64,000 nucleotides of DNA from Caecitellus pseudoparvulus (lineage: Eukaryota > Protista > Bigyra: Bicosoecida), in the NCBI GenBank assembly GCA_965644315.1, contig CBFFRQ010000019.1:248001-312000 (forward strand). Direction: 5' to 3'. Below the pieces are notes generated by a model. That model searched no databases. It was not told the origin of the DNA and saw only the letters and a list, made by a program, of their open reading frames with translations. Numbering within the stretch: position 1 is the first letter of the stretch; every line of letters begins with the position of its first letter. The translations under genes were made by a program, and so were the position numbers. This document shows positions 20,617 to 31,570 of this stretch, one piece after another.

Positions 20617-23361
20617 TCACTTGGCCGTCGCAGCACCTTTCTGCTTCCGCATAAGTCTTTGGGCGGACAATGGACCACGCTTTCCCCGTGCCCGCCGTGA
20701 CCCTGCTCGCGCTGCCGGGCTGGGCTTGGCGACTTTGAACAGGCGCAGGCTGCCATCTGCCTGACCCGCCGCCGCGAAGGTGACTTTGAAGGCCAGGCGG
20801 CGCTCCGCATCGGCTGGCAATGCACCGCGGCCCGCCTTTTGTTCAATTTCTGAGCCCGCCGCCAGGTCTGCCGCGGACACACGCAGGCTGCCGGGCAGAC
20901 AGGCCAGCGCCGAGAACGTGGGCAGCGCCACTGGGACACTGTCCGGCAGCTCCGGCGTTGACTCCGGCTCGCCACAAGAGGTGAAAAACCAGCTGTCCGG
21001 CAGCTTGGACACGTTCGCTGGCAGGGTGCCCCTCAGCACCACGCCCGCACTGTCGCCTAGGGGGGGGGGCACCATGCTCTCTCGCTGCAGCAGCTTGCCT
21101 GTCTTGGAATCCCACAGGTGCAACGCACCATCAACGGCACCCAGCGAGAACATGATCTCGCTGTCTTGATCCGTGCCGATGCCTGCCACGCCCCCACCCC
21201 ACACCTCGTCTGCTGTGAGCGCGCCGCTGGCAGGTGCACGAGGCACCGTGCCTGCCGCGGCGCCATCCTCACCCCACGCAGTGTGGGCCAAGGCGCACCA
21301 CAGCGGCTGCAAGCTGCCGTTCGCCAGTGCGGCAACGACGCCCCCTGCGTACCCTGCGGCGATGATGCCTTTGGTCCGGTGCTGGCACAGGCAGCGCACG
21401 GCCCCTGTGACCAGCTCACTGCCCTCCGGCAGGCTCTGTGACTCCGGCAACGCATCAGCCAGCATGGAAGGCGGCACGCGGCTGTGCTGCTGCACCTGCC
21501 CTCGCAACACGTCCACCTTCACCATGTGCCCTGTGGACGTGCCCAGCACCAGTGCGCTGCTGAGGGGGTGCAGCGCATCAGCCATGCCGGCCGTGATGGC
21601 CACGTGTGCGCCGGCAGAGGCACCCCGCCGGCGCAGGGTCTCTCCCACGGCACAGGCGGCGATGCAGGTCATGCGTCGGGCACTGGCATCCGCGTTCACG
21701 TGCAGCGCCCACAGCAGGAGCCAGCCGTCATGCCCAACCGTGGCCACCAACAGCGCACGCCGGTACGCATACAGCTTAACCAGCAGAGCCTCGTTCATGT
21801 CTTGCTGCAGGAGGCCTGCAGGCATCGCCTCCTGGTGTGGAGCTGCTTCTGCCACGAGAGGCGGTTCGGAGGTTGCGGCCTGGCGGCTGGCGGCAGAGCT
21901 CGACTGCAAGCTTCGGAAGGCGAACTCCAGGGCGCCAAGGAACACCACCGCGGAGATGGGCCCATAGTGCCCTGCGTCGGAGGGCGGCTCCAACACCCAT
22001 GAGACACCAGACTTTTCTGGTGCCTCCATGGGGACAGCTCGCCCAGGCGCCGCCTCCAGTGGAGCCAGGGGGGACTGCGGGTCGCCCCACGTGAACACCT
22101 GTGCGTCTCCAGAGCTAGGCCCAGGCTCAGTGACGCGGAAGGTGCCCGGAACACCCCACACCAGGAGTGCGCCCTGGTCCGTTCCACCCAGCACGAGGCC
22201 CCCCCCGGACGCCAGGACCCCCGAGGCAGGCAAGGGCTGTGCGGCGGGCAGTGCATCCAGCACGCCTGTGCGGAGCTGGGCAGGCTTCAGACGTGAGGCG
22301 GTGTAGTTGTCCAGGGTTTCCGGCGTCACGCCCGGCGGCAGCTGCCCCGCGCTTGCCCCCACTGCCCCCCAAGCTCGGGCAATGTCTTCGTTGGTGTGGG
22401 CCAGGGCGGTGGTGGCGGCCGGCGCCGCACCACCCCCCATGCAAGGCACCTGCAGTTGCAGAGTCGGAGGGAAGGTGAAGGGGGTGGACGTGGGGGCGCC
22501 GCCCCCCACCAGGCACAGCGGGGCAGCTGGAAGGACATTCACAGTGCCCTGGCCTCGCGGCCCGCCCACCAGCAGCGCTTCCCAGGCGGGCCCCACACGG
22601 CACACCTGGCTGGCAGATTGCTCAGGGGGCAGCACCACGGAAGGCATGGTGGAAAAGGTGAGGCAGGTGGCGCCAGCAGCGGGAGCTGTGAGCCCCACGG
22701 GCATGATGCCCTTGGCCGCCACCACCTGCGACAAGGGCTGCAATGCAACTGCAGCTGGCGTCCCAACGCCGCCGACCGCTGCGTCGCTCAGGGTGGACAG
22801 CACTGTCATGCTGTGCACACCAGGATCTGGTTCGCCACACTGCAGGGGGGTGGCCTCCTTGGGCTTGCGCGGCACCAGGCCCAACGGCTCGATCAACCCG
22901 CCGAGTGCGGATTTTGGCTCCACGCCCTCGCCAGGCGCAGCGTCACCGACCTCCTCCTCCTTGCCAGCACCAGACTGCACGGGTGGCGACGCCTGGGGTG
23001 TCGCAGCAGCCACCGCCTCGTTGATCCTCTGCTTGTACTCGCGGTCAGTAGACTTATCGTCTGCCGCCGCTCCGCCGGCGACACCTGCACTACCTTCAGC
23101 GCCGCCGTCGCCAACACAGTCCTCGCCCTTGCCCTCACCAGCCAACAGTGCAGCCATGGCGCGGGCGCCCTCTTGATCCGCTTTGATAATGCTCGCCACA
23201 CTGACAGCTGCAGCACGCAGCACCTCCTCAGGCAGCACCTGTGACGCAGCTGCCACGTGCTGGCTCAAAGCAGCAAGCACTTCACTGCGCCTCTGCACTG
23301 CAGCGCGCAGCGCGGAGACTGCTGTGGGGGGGCTGCTAGACGCGGGGGGTGGACTTGCCAT
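20617..23361 (-). CDS. WD40-repeat protein (divergent; possibly striatin-like)
   Basis: Long ORF with WD-like blades 'GHYGPISAVVF', 'ATVGHDGWLLLW', 'GAVDGALHLWD' and 'AAGQADGSLRLF', and a helical N-terminus. An alternative start lies at 23538. Confidence 0.6.
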   Translation of the reverse strand: MASPPPASSSPPTAVSALRAAVQRRSEVLAALSQHVAAASQVLPEEVLRAAAVSVASIIKADQEGARAMAALLAGEGKGEDCVGDGGAEGSAGVAGGAAADDKSTDREYKQRINEAVAAATPQASPPVQSGAGKEEEVGDAAPGEGVEPKSALGGLIEPLGLVPRKPKEATPLQCGEPDPGVHSMTVLSTLSDAAVGGVGTPAAVALQPLSQVVAAKGIMPVGLTAPAAGATCLTFSTMPSVVLPPEQSASQVCRVGPAWEALLVGGPRGQGTVNVLPAAPLCLVGGGAPTSTPFTFPPTLQLQVPCMGGGAAPAATTALAHTNEDIARAWGAVGASAGQLPPGVTPETLDNYTASRLKPAQLRTGVLDALPAAQPLPASGVLASGGGLVLGGTDQGALLVWGVPGTFRVTEPGPSSGDAQVFTWGDPQSPLAPLEAAPGRAVPMEAPEKSGVSWVLEPPSDAGHYGPISAVVFLGALEFAFRSLQSSSAASRQAATSEPPLVAEAAPHQEAMPAGLLQQDMNEALLVKLYAYRRALLVATVGHDGWLLLWALHVNADASARRMTCIAACAVGETLRRRGASAGAHVAITAGMADALHPLSSALVLGTSTGHMVKVDVLRGQVQQHSRVPPSMLADALPESQSLPEGSELVTGAVRCLCQHRTKGIIAAGYAGGVVAALANGSLQPLWCALAHTAWGEDGAAAGTVPRAPASGALTADEVWGGGVAGIGTDQDSEIMFSLGAVDGALHLWDSKTGKLLQRESMVPPPLGDSAGVVLRGTLPANVSKLPDSWFFTSCGEPESTPELPDSVPVALPTFSALACLPGSLRVSAADLAAGSEIEQKAGRGALPADAERRLAFKVTFAAAGQADGSLRLFKVAKPSPAARAGSRRARGKRGPLSAQRLMRKQKGAATAK

Positions 23362-23864
23362 GTGCTTGTGGCAGGCAAGGGTGCTGCCCTGTGCCTGCAC
23401 CTTGCCAGACGCAGCTATGCCAGCGTCCCGGCCACTGCACCTTGCCGTTGCCTTGCTCCTGGTCTGCCTCACGTAACGCGTGTGCAATGGAGGAAGAAAC
23501 CTGGCCAGAAATGTACTGGCCTCCAGTGGGGTGGGCATTGTACGATAGGTTTTGTTGGGCCGGGAGGCAGTGCCGAGCCACTCACCGAGCGCCAGCCGCT
23601 GGTTGCCAGGGCGAGGGTGCCGTCACGCCGGCGCACGCAGCATTCCGCTCACCGCCGCACATCTCGTGATCACAGCCCACCCGTACAACCTGGGCAAAAG
23701 TCCATGTGCCTTCTCCTTCTGGCCCACGTGCTCTGTCTCTCACAGCTTGCCAGAGGGACGCAGTCACCCAGCGGGGTTTCGCCACGCCGGCTCCACTGCT
23801 TGGCAGCGCACTGTGCCGCCCCCTAGCAGCAGCCTGTGGCACCCACGCACGCAGCAGCTTGAAA

Positions 23865-25149
23865 ATGGATGACGGCTTCATGATCCAAGCCGTGCGTGCG
23901 CAAACCAAAGCAGCTGGTGCCGCAGGGAAACCTGCAACTCCGGGTCGAGGAGTTTCCGGCGGCCTCATCTCACTCACTCTGCCTCCGCACCCTCACAGGC
24001 AGACGAAGAGGCCCCTGCAGGCTCAGCGCCTGCCGCCGCCTCACCCACAGGTATGCACTGCTGTGTCGCCCTGCGCCCCATTCCAGCTGCACCGCCATGT
24101 GCCCTGCGCCGAGCACAGGGGGAGCAGTGGTGGGCCTGGCGCCGTGGATGGGAGTGGCGCCTGGCCTGTGTGCCGTGGAGGACAGCCTAGGCCTGTCCAT
24201 GGAGTGGCCAGACATCCCCGCCCTGGAAGGGGTGCAGGTGGACGGCCGGCGTGACCCAGATGGCGCCATTGACCGTAGTGACCCAGAGGAGTCCTTTGAG
24301 AACTTGGAGTACCTCATCACCTTCTACCTGGACGGCCTGCCACGTCTGTACAACATCTTCGCAGCGGTGGCTGAGTACCGCCGCAGCCGCGCCTTGACCG
24401 TACCCTACCTTAGCGTGCCCTCTGACGGCGGCCCCGGCAAGTGGGAGCTGAAGCCTACCGAGTACGTCATTCGGTCGGAGGCGCATGCGTTGAAGGGCAC
24501 TGCCTCAAACCTGAGCCTGAAGAAGCTGTGGCGTGTCGCGCGCGCCTTGGAGCTGCCGTGCAAGCGCACCGACCCCGTCGCACATGGCGACGAGTTCGAC
24601 GCCGACGCCCGCCGGGCCGTCCTGGACGCCATCGCCACGCATGGCAATGTGTTTGCGCTGGCAGTGCAGTTCAGGGCACTGGCAGTGACGGTGGCTGACA
24701 CGCCCCGCATGGAGGCGGCCATGGGCGGCATGAGCATCGCGGAGGCCTGTGCCATGATGGGCGGGGAAGGCGACGGGCTGGACGACAACGGCAAGCCTTT
24801 CTCGGCCCTGTACAACGCGGTGCAGCCAGACGCCTTCGACGCGCTGTGGAGTGCGGACCTGCCCCTGCACAACCCCTTCGCAGGCAAGGATGTTTGGCCC
24901 GAAACCAGCAGGCCCTCCCCTATCAGCCACCTGCTGCCAGGTCCGCCCCCGCCAGCGCAGGAGTGTGCGCCCACCGCCGGCGCAGGGGCCGCTGCGTCAC
25001 CGCCTGCGTCAGGCGCCAAAGTTGCAGGCAGCGGCAGCACGCCCAAGGTTGCGCCAGCTCCGTCAGCGCCAGCACCAGCATCCCTGGAACCAGAGCCCAT
25101 CGTAGACGCAGACCCTCCTTCTGGAGGGGGCTGTTGCTGTGTCCAGTGA
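23865..25149 (+). CDS. Histidine-phosphotransfer (HPt) domain protein with C-terminal CaaX; exons ~23865-23891, 23999-24050, 24119-25149
   Basis: 'IRSEAHALKGTASNLSLKKLWRVARALE' matches the HPt H-x-L-K-G motif (His codon 24484-24486). The protein ends 'GGGCCCVQ*'. Both introns are GT-AG and frame-consistent. Confidence 0.75.
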
Positions 25150-25387
25150 CTTGAGCAATGCAGGTGTCCCGCGAGGTGCGCGTTGGGTGGGGTTACCCTT
25201 CCAGCCCAAATTCCGCACTGGAGGCGCAGCGGCCCGTCAGTTGCATGCGACGTGCACTTTCCATCTCCCCCAGACCCCCTGCCCTGCCACGTGGACTCCA
25301 CGTGCCAGACACGCATCGCCCCTGCGGCCTGCGTGTACTCCTTGTGGTCTTGTTGCCGACTGCACTCACCGCCACACACTTTCAACC

Positions 25388-28300
25388 ATGGCTGGTGTTC
25401 TGGAAAACCCTGCCGTGGGCGAGCAGAGTGAGTAGCGCGTGCAAGCCTCAGCGTGGAAGCGTGCTTCTCGCCCCTGTATGCCCTTGGGCCGTGCAGGGTG
25501 CACCCCTGGCGCTCCTCACCCTTGTGGCGCAACTTGAAGGCACAGTCCGTAATGCCGCACCTGCACCATTACCCTCGTCACTCCCGCTGCACAGTCTCTG
25601 TCGCGATTGCCGGTGGTGTTGCCGCCGTCATCGCCGCTGGCATCTTCACCAAGGCTGTGAGTGCTGTTGCCGTGCATGCTGCGCCCCCTGCGTGCCGCGG
25701 CTGAGATGCCGCGCTGAGGTCAGGGCGCGGTTTGATGGCACGCCGCCGCACGCCTCCTTTGCATTGCCTGTGCAGGTGTACGACGTCGATGTCAACGCCA
25801 AGCCTAAGAACAACACCGACAAGGATGGCAAGGAGATCGTCACTGACGACAAGATGGCCACCCTGAACAACCTGCGCAAGCTCATCAAGTACGTGCTGCC
25901 GTCAGCACCTGCGGAAACAAACGAACAGCCTGGTGGTGGTGGAAGCTGCCCTCACTGCGCCCGCCCCACCCCCCGACGCCTGCCGCTCGCAGCGAGGGTG
26001 CCATCTCCTTCCTGAAGACTGAGTACTTCTACGTCCTCATCTTCGCTGCCGTACGTGGCGCGCCTGCCCTCTCTGCTCGCGACATTTCTTGCATTGCATG
26101 CTCTCACCCCGCCGTTGGTCCCGCAGCTGATCGCCGTGGCCCTGTGCTTCATCCTCATCCAGGACAACGACGAGCTCGCTGGCCTGTACACTGCCGTTAA
26201 CCTCATCTTTGGTGCCACCCTGTCTGCCACTGCAGGCTACATTGGCATGCTCATCGCCACTGCCGCCAACGCCCGCACCACCCTCGCATGCGTTGACTCC
26301 ATGACCGAGGGCCTGAAGGTCTCCTTCGCCTCTGGCGCCGTCATGGCCAACTCCGTCGTCGGCATGGGCATCCTGGGTGTCTCCATCATGTACGGCATCT
26401 TCGAGCACATGTCCATCGACGGCAACGACCGCGTGGAGTGGCAGTACCTGTCTGGTTTCGCCTTCGGCGGCTCCTGCGTCGCCCTCTTCGCCCGCGTGGG
26501 TGGTGGCATCTTCACCAAGGCCGCCGATGTCGGCGCTGACCTGGTGGGCAAGGTGGAGGCTGGCATCCCCGAGGATGACCCTCGCAACCCCGCTGTCATT
26601 GCTGACAACGTCGGTGACAACGTCGGTGACGTCGCCGGCATGGGCGCTGACCTCTTCGAGTCCTTCGTCTCCTCCATCATCGCTGCCGGCACCCTGGCCA
26701 CCAACGATGCTGAGGTCGCCTTCCCCTTCTGGTGCGCCGGCTTCGGCGTCCTGCTGTCCCTCTTCGGCGTCGCCTACGTGCGCTGCCAGCACCTGGACCC
26801 CGCCACCACCACCCTCTCCTCCCTGCTCGGCGTCATCCGCGGCGGCATCATGGTCGCTGTCGCCCTGTCCACTGCCGGTGCCCTGATCTCCGCCATCATT
26901 CTCTTCGAGGGTGAGCGCGCCTTCGAGGTGTGGGGCTGCACCCTCATCGGCCTCGTCTCCGGCGAGATCATCGGCAACTTCACTGAGTACGTCACCTCCT
27001 ACGAGGATGCCCCCACCCGCGGCATCTCCAACGCCGGCAAGTTCGGCCATGCCCCCGTGGTCATCAAGGGCCTCGGCGTCGGCATGCTGTCCGTCATCGT
27101 CCCCACCCTCGCCATCGGCATCACCGTCATTGCCTGCAACGAGATCGCTGGCCTGTACGGCATTGCCGTCTCTGCTGTCGGCATGCTGTCCACCCTGGGC
27201 GTGACCCTCGCCACTGATGCCTACGGGCCCGTCGCCGACAACGCCGGCGGCATCGCCGAGATGGCCGAGCTCCCCGACACCGTCCGTGACAAGACCGACA
27301 AGCTGGACTCCCTGGGCAACACCACTGCCGCCACCGGCAAGGGCTTCGCCATCGGCTCTGCCGTCCTCACCTCCGTCGCCCTCATCGTGTCCTACCTGCA
27401 GCTGGCTGGCCTCACCGCCGCTCAGGTGGGCGTCTCTCAGCCCACTGTCATGATCGGTGCCCTCATCGGCGCCATGCTGCCCTTCGTCTTCGCCGCCCTC
27501 ACCATGCTGTCCGTCGACCGCGCTGCCCGTGCCATCATCTCCGAGGTGCGCCTGCAGTTTGCCCAGGCCCCTGCCCTCGTGCAGCAGGCGTGGCAGACTG
27601 AGGACGAGTACGAGGCTGCCCTGGAGCAGAAGCGCGCCGAGTTCCGCGCCAAGCTGGCCGCTGAGAACCCCAACGAGGAGCACATGAACCGCATCTCCGG
27701 CAACGACGGCAAGGCCTACCCCGACTCCAACCGCTGCGTCGCCATCGCCACCCAGTCCGCCATCTACGAGATGGTCCTGCCCGGTGGCGCTGCCATCTTC
27801 GTGCCTGTCATCATCGGCTACCTGCTGGGTGCCGCTGCCCTGGGTGGTCTGCTCATCGGCTCCCTCACCTCTGGCTTCATGCTGGCCCTGACCATGTCCA
27901 ACGCCGGTGGCGCCTGGGACAACGCGAAGAAGTGGGTCGAGAAGTGCGGCTCTGAGGGTGAGGAGATCACCGCTGATGACGAGGTCAAGCCCATCGGCTC
28001 CTTCAACATCAAGTGGACCACCTACGGTGTCAAGAAGGCAGACAAGGCCCGCGGCCTCCTGCAGACCTACGCCGAGGGCGGCGCCCTGTCCCTCGTCACG
28101 AACCGCAACCCTGGTGACCTGGAGGCCACCACCGGCTTCGCCGCTGGCAACACCGAGTGGGAGGCATGGAAGCGTGAGACCGCTGAGGAGCTCGCCACCT
28201 TCTTCAAGTCCCGCAAGGACCCTGTCGTGTCTGGCGACACCGTCGGTGACCCCTTCAAGGATACCTCTGGCCCCGCCCTGAACATCCTCATCAAGCTCAC

Positions 28301-28706
28301 CTCCATCGTGTCCCTGGTGCTGGCCCCCACCCTGCGCACCCGCCAGAACGCCTTCGAGGAGGACTCCTGGTGGATCGCCATCATCGTCCTCGTCGTCACT
28401 GGCATCCTGGCCTTCGTCTCCACCTCCCAGATCAACGCTGCCTTCTCCAAGAGCGAGGCAGAGGCTGAGGAGAAGCTCGCCACCGCCCGTGCCAACGCCG
28501 CTGCCCTGCGTGCCTCTGGCGCCGCTGCCCCTGTCGTTGCCGCCGACGCTGGCGACGTCCAGGTGGATGCCGAGGCTGCCCCCGCCCCTGCTGCTGCCGC
28601 TGATGCCGAGGAGGAGAAGACTGCTGATGCAGCCGAGCCCGCTGAGGAGACCACGGAGGCTGCTGCCGATGCAGAGGCCACCGAGGAGGGTGACAAGGAT
28701 GAGTAA
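25388..28706 (+). CDS. Membrane-integral cation-pumping pyrophosphatase (mPPase), K+-dependent type; four 5' introns
   Basis: '[55 protein letters not shown]', '[16 protein letters not shown]', '[16 protein letters not shown]', 'GGAWDNAKK', '[14 protein letters not shown]'. Extreme C-ending codon bias. Confidence 0.95.
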
Positions 28707-28782
28707 GCACTGCTACGCAGCTTGCTGGCCCAATTCATTCGGGAGATACCCCTCGCCCTTCCAGCTGGCAATGCTCCAGAAC

Positions 28783-30026
28783 TCACTCCCCGTCTCTCCA
28801 CTGAACCTTCTTGGGCAAGTACTGATGAGACATGAACTCGATCCCGTTGCACAGCAGTGCCTCGGCCTCCATCTTGCCGTCACTGGCCAGCATGCTCTGC
28901 AGCTCGCGGACATATGCAGGGCAAGCTCTGACATGCGGGTCTGACAGCATGTTGCGGCAGCGGGTCACATCCCGGGGCGTCAACGTCTGCCATGAGCTGT
29001 CAGGCAGGCAGCACTCGCTGGCATCATGTCCGTGCAAACCAATCCACTGCAAAGGCACTGGAAAGGCTGTGCCTTCCGCTCCGACGCCGCTCGTGCCGTG
29101 CTTGTACGCCAGCATGATGGCCAGGCCCCATGGGTTCCAATCACTCATGCCCAGCACTGGCAAGCGCATGTCCGTGTGCAGACGATGCACAAATGCTCTC
29201 GTTGCGACATCAGGCATGCCTTTCGCGGTCACCAACACGCATGGGATTTGGCTTGTAAACCCATCATCCAGCAGGCGCTGGAAGATGCACTCCTTCTCCA
29301 CAACAAGGATGAACCGAGGTCGCTCAGTCGGCGGCAGACCCACAGAGCTACATGAAAAGGAGGGTGCTAAGTAGTCTGCGGGGACGCCCATGACTTGCCC
29401 TTGCAACGAACTCCACACACCTCGGCCTGGAGTTGCTGCAGGCTGGAGGCAGACCAGGACGGAGCCCGTGACCAGGCCCCGTGTGGAAGTGAGGAAACCC
29501 AGGGAAATGCGCGGTGCCTTCAGAATGGAAGCGGCAGCTGCCAGGGCAGCATTACTGTCGGCTTGACTCCGGAAAATCCCGCTGCCGGCATGCAAGTAGT
29601 ATAACTCCCGCTGCGTTGCTCGAGACCCCTGCTGCAGCAGCTGAGCAGACGTTGCCAGGGCTTTCCAAACTTGAACCTGTCGAAGAATGCGCGAGTCAGA
29701 TACATTGCAAACTTCCAACGTGCCTTGGCCTTCCACTGTCTCCGAGTGGCCTGCTCCTTGCCGGCTGCGTTTCACTCCCTGCAACGCAGACGTGCAGCTT
29801 CCAGCGTCCGCTGCCACGAAAAGCAGGTGTCTGCCACCACGGGCTAAGTGAGACATACCTTTGCCTTGGCACAGCTCGGTAGAAGCGGGGCGTTGTGACT
29901 TCGGGCGAGGCTTCGCATGCATGACACGGCAAGCAAGCCCAACCTGCGCAGCACTGTTTCTGGGTTTGGGGAGTGCATCGGCGCGCTCGCAGCCGAGGCC
30001 TCGCCTGCCTCAGAAGTGCTTGCCAT
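28783..30026 (-). CDS. SPO11: Meiotic recombination protein Spo11 (Spo11-2-like); at least one 5' intron (~29858-29780)
   Basis: 'TQRELYY' (catalytic Tyr), Toprim 'ILVVEKECIFQRL', 'TAKGMPDVATRAF', 'SDWNPWGLAI', 'KMEAEAL'. First exon is 'MASTS...ETVLRRLGLLAVSC'. Confidence 0.88.
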
Positions 30027-30087
30027 GATGCGCTTACCCTCAAGGTCAGCTTGTGCAGGGCTTGCTGATCAGTATGAGCAGCGAACT

Positions 30088-31332
30088 TCACTCGGACGGC
30101 TGAAGCGGGGAGCGCACGATTCTGACAGGCAGCAGGCATTGCAAGGACGAAGCCAGCACATCAGCCAGCGTGCTGGGGCCAACTCGACTTGCTAGAGTGG
30201 CCGCAGCCTGCGACTCGAGCGTTTCGACGGCTGCCAGCCATTCTAAACCGGAGCTTGAACAAGTACATGCTGAGCAAAGCGCCTGCACGTGCCCTTGCAG
30301 CAGCGCTCGTGCAAGGGTCAACCGTGTGTGGCTGGCCAGGCGACGGGCCTGCGCCAAGGCGACCAATTGCTGAGCCTGAGGTAGGCTTCTTCGTTTTCGT
30401 GCTGGCAGATTCTGGGGGGGGCATGCAGCCAGGCTGCGTCGCGCCAAGTCCTGCTGTTGGCTCGCGAGCATGCCCCGCGTGGCGCCTGCCACGATCGCGA
30501 TTGCCTGGAGATGGGACCATTCAGCGCAGAAGAAGGTCAAGCGGGACAAACAATCCGTTGAAAGGCCTTCCTTTGCAGACATTGGCCGTGGCAGCTGGTA
30601 CACTGGGTTGCCAGGGGGTGTGACAGGCACCTGAAGACGGCGCTCCAGCCAAACCACAGTTGCCCACACGCCGTCTGGGGCCGCCAGCTCGCCCTCATCC
30701 CCGATGGGCTCCAACTCCACATGGCTGAATGCTGACCCTGGAATGGTGATTAAGTCGCCGGTCGCACCTGGGGTGTCACCATGCATGAGGAACTGCCACT
30801 GTGGACTGCCGTCGTGCTTGCTGGCAGACACCTGCAACGCACTGCGGACAGTCAGCGGGGCAGATGGGGGTGCAGCAGAGCAAGGTGGTTAGGAGCAGAG
30901 CAGCTGGGACACGTACGTCACTCGCTCGCCCTCAAGAGTCGGCACAATGACGGCGATCCCCGACCGCAGCTGAGCGACTGCCTGCTCAAGCTGAGAAGAA
31001 CGGGCGGCAGGGAGCGTGTGAGGTACCACCACCATGCACGTGATGCCTGCTGCCTACGCACGAGGGAGTCATGCGAAGCTCCGCCAGCTCGTGCTGGCTT
31101 CATCTGCGGTGCAAGTTGGCCGCCACGAATGCAGCACTCGGCCACAGCTGCATGTGGCAAGGCTGCGACACACCACGCCAAGGACGTGCTTGTGGCACAG
31201 CGCAGTGGCAGCCTTGATCGTAGTCTGGGACAGTGGCTCCTCTGCAAACCGGACTGTCAGGAGTTCTTCGCACTCATCATCAACCAAGCAGCAAGTGGGC
31301 TCCGGGCATATGACGCCCGCCGCGGCAGCCAT
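30088..31332 (-). CDS. Hypothetical protein, possibly PH-like domain; multi-exon
   Basis: Frame-consistent exons 'MKPARAGGASHDSL|LEQAVAQLRSGIAVIVPTLEGERVT|ALQVSASKHDG...' joined by GTGCGT/GTACGT...CAG introns. Start uncertain. Confidence 0.4.
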
Positions 31333-31570
31333 GGGTCGAGGCTTGCTGCGGAAATTACTCCACAACGGCAGCACCACACGCTCCAGGTGGTGGAAGCAGA
31401 CGAAATGCACCACAAGCCTCCCTCATGAGTGCGCATTATGCTAATTGGCAGTTTTGTCGGCTGGTGGCTTCTGACCTTCACCACTAGTGCCCACACCACA
31501 AAACCTCGCAGGTCCCAGCATGCAGCTCCCCTGGCTGGCGCAGAACTGCTCTCACCCTTGCATTACCACC

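Noticed and set aside
26037-27683. 548-aa - strand ORF opposite the mPPase
   Set aside because: Antisense shadow of a highly biased gene.
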